DNA from: Utricularia gibba
Lineage: Eukaryota; Plantae; Magnoliophyta
NCBI GenBank assembly: GCA_002189035.1
Contig: NEEC01000023.1
Location: forward strand, 868,001 to 932,000
Reading direction: 5' to 3'
DNA: 64,000 bases
The notes under the pieces: model-generated
Told to the model about the DNA's origin: nothing
What the model saw: only the letters and a program-made list of their open reading frames with translations
Database searches by the model: none
Made by a program: the position numbers and the translations under genes
In this document: piece by piece, positions 1-9,158 of the stretch
Layout of the letters: every line of letters begins with the position of its first letter
Position numbering within the stretch: position 1 is the first letter of the stretch

Positions 1-2400
1 GAGGCCATACCTTGAGTAGTCGCGTATAGAGATGGATGACCAGGAGGGTGGTGCTTTGCAGAACAAGATCATCAAAGCATGTATGCATGCATCTTCCTTA
101 TTCTATGGGCATCCGCTCACATTGACGGAGAATGAACTGTTTTTGTACATGGCTAAGAAATACATCACGTTCAAAGCATGCAAATTCTTACGTGGTGGAT
201 GGAGGAGATGCACTAGAAATGTAGTTCATGGCCAAGGTGCCTGCGAGGTACGACGAGTATCTTCGCTATCCCACGAGCGGCAGAAGACATTACAAACATC
301 GAACGAACTTGGCGCTGCTGTTTTCCCGATCATCCACGCCTACTTTTTTAGTGAAGGTCCCCGGTGCAACGTCAGGAAGAGTTCTGCCATCTCAGCAAGC
401 AAGCATGCACCATTTCTGATCCGCATCGCCCTGCTTCGGTCACATGGAGGCAACGAGATTACCGATTTTCCCGCAGTCCTCTCAAGCAGTCTAGCTGCAT
501 ATTCCCTAAACCCTACGAAACATCAATCCTCCCAAGGATGTTGCGCAGTGCACAACATAGTGGAGAGTTTAAGGATCCAGGCGGAATCGAACCGCCATCC
601 TCTCGACGCATTAATGCGACGGAGTGCTCTTCCAATACGAGCTCATGAATCCATCCCTTCGTGGTTCTAGAGTTACCCCATCACCCAACAAAGAAACAGA
701 GCTTCAAACTCAGAAAACAAAATCAACGAGGGATTACGCTTACTGATAAATGGGATAACGTTATAAGAAGTACTTTTACTTGAGGACCATCTAGTGAAGA
801 CTGGGTAAACCCCCACGTGCCACACCGGTGGGTAGACAACATTAGCCGCAACCAAGGCTACCCAAACCTGCTGCATTGGAATAAAATCGAAAAAACACAT
901 CCAGAGCAGTGAACTACCATGGCAACGACTCGAGGCAGCCTTGATCCCTCCAAAGCAGGATCAAATACCACTTACATGCAACGATATGGCGATTGGATTA
1001 AATAACTAGGGTAACAAAATTAAATGCAACAAAACCCAATCAACCTGCACATGTTCGCGCATCCGAGCGTCCAGCAACCCCGGGCAGGCCTCGTGTTAGC
1101 GCGCCGAGCGACCACCACGGAACTCCACGCCGGCAAAACAGACCTCCGAATATATACACGCTTCACGCCTCCATCGGTGCCTCTGGACGCCAACCCTGTT
1201 CCGCAGCCAGCAACCAACCACTAACGACGACAGGGATACTAATACAACCCAACAATGGCAGGAAGGCTTACAATACCCACAACCCTAAACGATGAGGGCC
1301 AAGGAAAATGAAAAGGAACAGCGCATGCGCAACCATGAAGCAACATAATGATGAATAGAAGGAAGAATGTTACGCCGATGTTAAGTCGGGCGATTTCGAG
1401 ATGTTTGATTCGCGCTGCTTTAAGATACAAATTACAAGGGAATCGCAAGTTTAAATACGCAGTACCTTTACTGATGATGCTCCCGACCGGTTGAGATAGA
1501 TTTGTTGATGACTGTTTGAATGGACCTGGATGGATTGTGCAGTCCCTACTTTATTATGTAGGACTTGGCACAGCCCATCCAGGAGCAAACAAATCGATTG
1601 CAGTGAGTTTTCCGTGCGCGGGAAGGTGCAGGATAACGCGACACACGACACAATCGAGGGGAGAGCCGGGCTGAAACCCCGTGCCATCTCCCCACCAAAT
1701 CCAAAAAACAGTTATTTTATTAGACTTTGACCTGCCATGCGAGCGCACCCAACATGGCAAAGGTCTCTGACATCCTCACCACCCACCCGTAAAGACAAGC
1801 AACGATATTCTCTACGAACCCGCAGCAAAGACAACCCAACAAAATGATCAAATACACAACGAGTAATTCCTGAAAGATAACTTCCCTTAAATCCATTCTC
1901 GGTCGGAATAGAGGCGCCTCTGAAGGGACTCCTAGAGTGGCAAGTTCACTGAATCTCGAACCGGATCACCAGCAAAAGCGCTTGGCGCAAATTTAAGAAC
2001 ATCATGACCGCCGCGAATCGTCTACAAATAACATGGATATAATTGGAACCAAGACGAGCATATGCAGTAGTAACTAAAGCTTTTAGCATAATATATCCAC
2101 GTACCTAGGCAACAGGCACATACATATGAACAGATCTGCGAAATCAAGGCGGATCGGTGACGAGTGAAACCATCGGATTCATCTCACCTGTCGGCGCTTC
2201 CGAGGAGGTGGAGAGATACGGGTCAGGCCAAAAAAACCACATCCAAAACGTAGATCTACGAGATAAGTTTTTTGAGACGGGATAGAAAACGGCAGATCTG
2301 GGAAGGAAGAGTAGATCTGAAATTGAGGGGCGGCCGCCTTGTTTTTTTTTTTGGGTTGAGATTGTCAAGGTTTGCGGAGAGAAGAGAGCCTTTTAAGCAC
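1..2400 (-). ncRNA. Putative spliced long non-coding RNA locus, CR20/GUT15-like; runs off the left edge of the window
   Basis: No recognisable CDS in any frame. Minus-strand splice signals: donor CAG|GTGAG at 2187, donor AAG|GTACT at 1465, acceptor CGCAG| at 241, donor C|GTAAG at 191, donor AAG|GTATG at 10. Strong hairpins at 1729-1765 and 1525-1583; tRNA-like fold at 572-652. GGCCCA-type promoter motifs near 2560-2610. The family assignment is recalled, not searched; the 5' boundary is approximate. Confidence 0.5.
572..652 (-). ncRNA. tRNA-like structure (cloverleaf with extended, non-canonical anticodon arm)
   Basis: Minus strand reads GGATTCA TGA GCTC GTATTGGAA GAGC A CTCCGTCGCATTAATGCGTCGAG AGGAT GGCGG TTCGATT CCGCC TGGATCC T. 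It gives a 7-bp acceptor stem (one G-U), a 4-bp D stem with GG in the loop, a perfect 5-bp T stem with TTCGATT loop (B box), and a ~9-bp hairpin in place of the 5-bp/7-nt anticodon arm. Confidence 0.75.
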
Positions 2401-2671
2401 CGGGTGAGAAAAGTGGGCCAAGTCGGCGTATCCAACGATGATGAAGGTTTGCGGATTCGTTACGCAGGATGATCGACGGTTGTTATGAGCCGGCAATAGA
2501 TTCTAGAAGCTCCTATCCGATCCCCGCCAGATTTCGGCTTCTTAGAGGGGAGGAGACCCGGCCCAGAAACCGGAGCCTGATTAACAAGCAGGTTCTTGAG
2601 GCCCAACTAAATGAATGAAAACGTGTGTATGTAAGCGCATATTAGAATGCACCAAGACCGGTGGAGAGGAT

Positions 2672-3190
2672 TGTTAGAATATACAATACTACATCGGAAA
2701 ATGAAAGTGAAATAATCTAATATATAATAAACTACATATCACAAATAATCAGTTGGGCCTAATTTTTTCTAATGCGATTTATGTTTCTTGTGTATTTGGA
2801 CTTCACGTGTATACTCACCCAACCCATCGGATCCTAAATTTCAAAATGGTATCAGAGCGTTTGACTCACGGCACGGCTTGGATGACCAAGATGAGTTTCA
2901 TTCTGATATGAGGTCCGATTAAAAAAAAAAAGGAGATTCATTATATTTAGGCGACAAAAAAATAGATTGACTTATGACCTAAATACTACCTACAATCATT
3001 AAAAAAAAAAGAGGAGCAAGTCATCATCGGATCACAGACCAGTTCGACTTGAGGGCGGGTGCTAAAATACATAATCCCACGTCGAAAAATGAAAATGGAA
3101 TAGTCAAATATATAAAAAAACTATACATCAATAGTAATAAATTGAGCCTAATCTTTTCTAATGTTATCTAGGTTAATTATCACTTGAAGT
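2672..3190 (+). mobile_element. Degenerate TRIM (terminal-repeat retrotransposon in miniature)
   Basis: 5' LTR TGTTAG...TTTCA 2672-2843; tRNA-Met PBS TGGTATCAGAGC 2847-2858; ~200-bp non-coding interior; polypurine tract GAGGGCGGG 3051-3059. The second LTR starts TGCTAA at 3060, aligns by eye with the first over ~120 bp and is 3'-truncated. Confidence 0.8.
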
Positions 3191-5628
3191 CACTCGCTCT
3201 CTTTTCTTGAAAACCTCTTAGACTTACAAGCTTCCAAGTAACAATGGAAATTCACACCGAGTATGCAACAGACTCTCCCTCTAGTGTCAACCGGATAACA
3301 ACCTCTATTTGCGACACTGGACACATGAAGAATTTCGCACATAGAATAAAGATTCTCCCTTCCCCAACTCCTCACACAGAGTTTCCACCCTTTTTTTTCT
3401 TGGCGTTCCCACAGACGTTGCTATATCATTGTAGCAATTGACTTCTCAGCTGTGTTAGTGGCATGATCATTAGGCCCTCTAGGCTAGGGAACAGCATAGG
3501 CTCAACACAGACAGATCCACTTCCAACCTACTACAAGGCACATTATGCAACAACATGTTTGATTTTTAGGTTTTATCTGGTGAATATCTATGTGAGGTGT
3601 TGTCCATTTACACACGAAAAACACTTACCATCTCACCAAAAAAGCCTATCGGGCACTACAGTGCCATCCCACAAGAAGAGATGGTCGGCAGCTGTGGCTA
3701 GGTGGGTTCAGTTATTCCTGATCATTGCATCATCCATCCCGGGAATTATGGCAGCCATCTCCGACGTTAACTCCTGCTAAGCATTGGTAATGATCTCGGG
3801 CGTTGGGCACTTCATGGGACAGCAATGCAACCCTGCGTGTGTTCCAAATGTACCAATGTATCCATCCAGGCGCTTTCTGCCAGCGTGCATGGCACCCACA
3901 ATTCTAACATCCTTTATCTCTCTACAATTCAGTATCATGTGCGGTGGGTGGGTCTCTATTTAAATGAAGCCCCATGCAAGTAACTGGGCCATTCTTTTCA
4001 CGTTGCCTTGCTGTAGAGCAGAGGATGAGTCCAGTCCAGTCCAGTAACTGGGATCCCCAGTCTCTTTTTTTGTTCCTCCGGTGCGCACGTGCAGCTTAAC
4101 TGCGCCAACCAGACAGTCACTTCAATATCGAAAAAGCGAGGCACAGAGGTCTGATGCTGCTGCAAGAAGGGATCTGATTCGAAAATAGTTGGATTTATAG
4201 CAGCAACAACGATCACCCCTTGATAATAATAATAACAAGGGGCTGGAGGGGTGTGTGTGAGCGCGCGCGCGCGAGTGGGGTAATTATTAAAAGATGCGTT
4301 TTTTGGTGGGTGTCGCCATGGGCAGCCACACACGCACATTGCCAGCAGCTCTTTCTTTTTCTTTCCTTTGGTAGTAGTCCCCCACAGGCCGCTCTCTCCC
4401 TCTCTCTCCACCGAAATTCAGCATTTAAGGATCTCAGGACCATCCCCTTGGTCCCCCCTCTCCCTCTCCCTCTCCCTTCTTCAAACATTTTCACCAATCC
4501 CCACTTTGACTGCTTCATCAACACTAAATCACCATTCCTAGTCCTCATTATAACTCCTTCTAACCATTCTTTGTGCACAGATTGCTCACTTCCTCCAACA
4601 ACAAATCACGGTGCCCGGAGGGGTTGAAACCTCCTCCTAGGACTAACCTTTCCATTTTCTACTCTTGCATTTTTGCTGTGTGTGAGTTTTCTCTGCGCCT
4701 AATATTTTAATATTAACCCCTCTACATGTTTCACTTTCTTCACAGGTCTCGGCGCCAGAAGGGAATCCTGAGTGATAACACTACTACATGCCCGTGGCTG
4801 CTTCTGCTTCCCAGGAAATTTGCGTTTCTCTTTTCTTTATGTACACAACTCGGTTTAATCAATATTAGAATCCATACTATCTCGGTGGCAATTATCGAAA
4901 TTTGTCAAAATCAGGCGAACGAGGACAAGCTCGATCCAAATCGCACCACGCTTTCATTGGAATCAATGATCAACGTGATCGTGTGAAAGCTAACATATGA
5001 TGATTAGCATGTTGAAAATTCTACCTTTTCGTCCAACAAAATCTAGGGTTTTATGACACTAATGTGTAACCACCTAACAACGAAGGCAAGTAATCTTCAC
5101 TTAATCTGACTTGGCCTTGAGAATGGTGTGGAAGGACCTTGAAACCGTATGGCATTGCGGGTATTGAGAAAAACAAAAGGATTAAAATGTTTGGAGGTAT
5201 TATTAGTGATTAGTATACCGATGTGCTTGTGTAGTTGTTATAAAAGTAAGAGTTGATTGAAAGTGAAGTGTGGGAAGAGCAAGAGGGGTAGCCTTCCAAC
5301 CTTTTATTTTTATTTTCTCCTCTTCTCTCCTTTGCTTTCATTATCTGCTTCTTTCGTTTGTCTGGTGCAGAGCCCCCCCCGAGATTCCATGAGGCTGCTG
5401 CTACTGCTGCTGCTGTGTTCAGTTTCAGACATAGCATCAAGCACAGACATCTAGACATATGAATGATGATATGAACCTAATTCGGGCAAAATGATCATCA
5501 GATTCATATGTTGAATCTGCTGGTTTCTCCTCTTTTTCTTTTTCACAAGAGGAAGCTTGATGTTCGGGAGGTAGATATCGTGTTTGATCGAGTTTGGAAT
5601 AGGCGGTGCTTCTTTTTTGTTCTTTTCA

Positions 5629-8031
5629 ATGCATAGACAAGGAGAGTGGATCATGAAGGACCCGGGGTTAGATTTGGAGCCACAGGGTTTGGGCGGACAT
5701 CCGGCGGCTTACGAAGGGATGCTGCCGGAGTTTGTATGGCAAAAGGAGGCGGGGGAGGGTCCAAGTACGGCGGATGAGAGTCAGATCCAGCAAAGCTTCC
5801 GTTGGCCGCAAAAACACCACACGCCTGTTGGAGTAAATGGCGTTCCTGAGGAGGTACTTTGCAGTTTCATGCAGCTCAGTGGATCTCTTAATTGATTCAT
5901 TGATAGATTCCTCTTCTTTTTCCCTTGTTTCTTTAATCCCCCCCCCCCCCTCCTCTTGTTTGTTGACAGCTTCGTTATATGAATCAGCATCAGCATCAGC
6001 ATCATCATCATCATCCTCAGATGAAAGATTCTTCATCCTACCTCCACCATCTGATTCAGAACCCAGCAGACCCTCAATTTCAAGGCGGCCATCATCTGAT
6101 TGGCCCGTCAAACTTGGCCGCCGGTCCATCGCAGTTCGTGTGGGCTGCTCCGGCCGACGAAGCTTCCGGCCTGAGAACTGGGAGGGTGCTGGAAGGCCAA
6201 GGCCTTTCCTTATCATTATCGTCGACGAACAAGCTGCAGAAAATGAACATGGAACAAGGTGACTTGTACTTCCGGAGTCAAGGTATTATTGGGCCATCAA
6301 ATTTCTTGAGAAACTCACGCTACTTGAGACCCGCACAAGAACTCCTTCAAGAATTCTGCTGTGTTGGGAGAGGTCAATTCAAGTACCTCAAGCTCAAAAC
6401 CAACTCAGATGACGGAAACCCTAATGCAGCAACGGCAGCGGCTACTTCTTTGCAGACGCCATCTTCCAAGGATCGCCATTCGCTCTCCCCTTCAGAAAGA
6501 ACCGAGTACCAGAGAAGAAAGATCAAGCTTCTCTCGATGCTTGATGAGGTTTTGCTCCTCTTCTCTTCTCCTATTTTTATACTTACTTCCACACATTGAA
6601 TTGGAAGGAATAATAAGGACAACAAAAATAATAATGCGAAGAGAGCTTGGGGGCCGGCCGCAAAGAGCTGCTGCTGACATGAATGTTCCCACCAAACCAT
6701 GGGCCTCAAGTCGTTCAGTTCAGCCGCAAGGGGATTGGATGATTAGTAAAAGGGTTCTTTTCTTTTCTTTTCTAGCTAATGATGATCAACTCTAGGAAAA
6801 AGGAAAACATTTGATCCTCCCCCTGTCAAGTGTCTTGTTTTGGCCGTAGCATAGCATAGGGACTTCCTTAGTCTACACATCAGAGCTACAGTGGTTTCAT
6901 TAATGCAAGCGCTGCTTTTTGGTTTGATAAGGTGGAGGAGAGGTACATGAGATACTGCGAACAGATGCAAGGGCTGGTGAACTGGTTCGACTCAGTGGTC
7001 GGCCGTGGAGCGGCGGCGCCGTACACCGCCTTAGCACAGAAGGCCATGTCACGGCACTTCCGGTGCATGAAGGATGCGATCGCGGCGGAGCTGAAATCCG
7101 CGTGTCAGCTACTTGGTGAAAAGGACGTCGCCGGCAGCAGGGGTCTCACGAAGGGCGAAACCCCACGGCTCAAAGTGCTTGAACAGAGATACCGGCAGCA
7201 GAAATCCCTGCAGCAGATGGCGGTTCTGGACCCGGAATCCTGGCGCCCCCAGCGAGGCCTGCCGGAGCGCAGCATCAACATTCTACGATCCTGGCTATTC
7301 GAACACTTCCTGCATCCGTAGGCCATTTTTGTTAATTATCATCTTCCCACCCACCCACCCACCAACCAGTTTTGAAAGCTTATGATCGATTCCAATGTAG
7401 GTACCCAAGCGAAGCTGACAAGCATCTGCTGTCGAGGCAGACGGGCTTGTCCAAGAATCAGGTAATTATTATTATGTATCCAGACAAAACAGCATATCGC
7501 ATGCATACATATTTGGCCTGCGTGATCACTCACTAATCAGAATGAGCTTGTGGGTGATTAGAAAAATAGATAATTAGTGTGTGTTCAAAGTGCATGGCAT
7601 GAATGCACTGAATGGTGAATGAGGTGAAATTCATTCGCCTACCTACCACTGAATGGCCATAAATCTCCCTGTCCCAGGTATCCAATTGGTTCATTAATGC
7701 TAGGGTTCGGCTTTGGAAGCCCATGGTGGAAGAAATGTACCAGCAGGAACTGCAGGAAGTACACCAGCAAGGAGCAGCCGCTGGGGACGCTGCTGCTGCA
7801 CGCCACCCTTCCCCGAATATCAATGCTGCAACAACAGAAAACGACCTATCGGAGGAGGGGGCTGCATCCGCCGACATCTCGCGGTGCTTCACGCCGGAGA
7901 GAATCCCCGACGCCGTACCCGCCTCCAGGAATCGCCCCGCGGGAGGAGTTTCGCTGACTCTGGAACTCAGGCACTCGGAGAATCTACCCAAGATGAGGCA
8001 CCTCTCCATAAGGGACTTTGAAGCATATTGA
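5629..8031 (+). CDS. BLH: BEL1-like TALE homeodomain protein, BLH2/BLH4 (SAWTOOTH) type
   Basis: Exons 5629-5853, 5970-6548, 6932-7317, 7401-7461, 7678-8031 with GT-AG borders. Motifs: [11 protein letters not shown] box ([21 protein letters not shown]), BELL domain, homeodomain ([11 protein letters not shown]...[15 protein letters not shown]), C-terminal VSLTL box. The start codon is inferred. Confidence 0.93.
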
Positions 8032-8512
8032 TGTCGAACAGCAACGACTGGGACTGGGACTGGGAGCTTCTCCGTTTTGTATATCGCCTCGGCGTGCGTT
8101 GCGTTCACGTGTGGCGGAGGTACTACTACTTTTGGAATGACCGACCGGCTTTTTGTTTTTAGTAACAAGGCCCAGCGTGAAGCTCACGGCCCAACGTAGA
8201 GGCCCACTTGTCCTTAACCCAAAAGATAAGAGAATAGGTAGGTACCAAGGTGGGCGGGCCTGACTGTGTATTGTATTGTACTGGACGAGGATGAGGCTCT
8301 CAAAAGGCATCCATCCCTCATTCCAAGAGGTGTAGGGTGTGCTTTAAGGTGCGAAATGAAATGGTCCTGATTCCAGAGGCGTCATGCAATAGCACGTGCG
8401 GAGGCCTCCATCACATTCATGGATACACCAGTTTGGAGCGGCAGAGACAGAGATGGATCAGGATGCATGCCTTGCCTTCAACAAAAGAGTCGGCCCTAGA
8501 GCCCACTTTTTT

Positions 8513-8704
8513 CTTGTCCGCTCAGGCTCCCTCTAGTAGAGTAGAGTTTTAGAGGTGCTTGGGTTGGGTATGCGATGCGTGCAAGCCTGGGACCTCCTCC
8601 TCCTCCTCCTTGTCCGCTCAGGCTCCCTCTAGTAGAGTAGAGTTTTAGAGGTGCTTGGGTTGGGTATGCGATGCGTGCAAGCCTGGGACCTCCTCCTCCT
8701 CCTC
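8513..8704. repeat. Perfect 96-bp tandem duplication ending in a (CCT)n tract
   Basis: 8513-8608 is repeated exactly at 8609-8704 (CTTGTCCGCTCAGGCTCCCTCTAGTAGAG...GGGACCTCCTCCTCC). Confidence 0.95.
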
Positions 8705-9158
8705 CTCCAGGCATGCACCAACACTGAACACTACTAGACTCCACAAAAAATAAATAAATAAATAAATAAATAAAAAATAAAAAACCATTTTCATTCTAAT
8801 CCCAATCTATCCCCCTATAAAAGGGGCTAAAAGCCCGCTCAGGGTTTTCTGTGGCTATTCAGAATCCGATACAAGTCCCAACTCAGATCGACTAGCTCTT
8901 CCGAACGCGGTCAACTTCACCAGCACACCCACTCCAGCTTCGATTTGTATTTTGCTGGTTCACCAGGTGTTTTTCCTTTTTTTTTTTTTTGGTTTGTAGG
9001 TTTCGTCCCGAAGAATGCTTACTATACCTGCGGCTGAGGGCATCCGCCACTTAATCCCTTCGCTTCTCTTGAGAGTGTGTTTTTCTTATTGGGCTCTTTA
9101 GAAATTGGAGTTGCTTAAATTCCTCTTTGTCTGGGTAGACTATCGAATCGCAAGAGAA

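Noticed and set aside
572-652. Calling the cloverleaf a functional tRNA gene
   Set aside because: No 7-nt anticodon loop, degenerate A box, and no match to plant tRNAs I know.
32-670. 212-aa plus-strand ORF
   Set aside because: No recognisable motif; it overlaps the antisense of the tRNA-like element and minus-strand splice signals, so it is most likely a chance ORF.
2438-2580. Possible box C (TGATGA) and box D (CTGA) snoRNA
   Set aside because: No convincing terminal stem or recognisable rRNA guide; the motifs are short enough to occur by chance.
7533-8168. 211-aa minus ORF, and other long antisense ORFs over BLH, HMGA, PIN and GONST3
   Set aside because: Shadow frames of GC-rich coding exons on the opposite strand.
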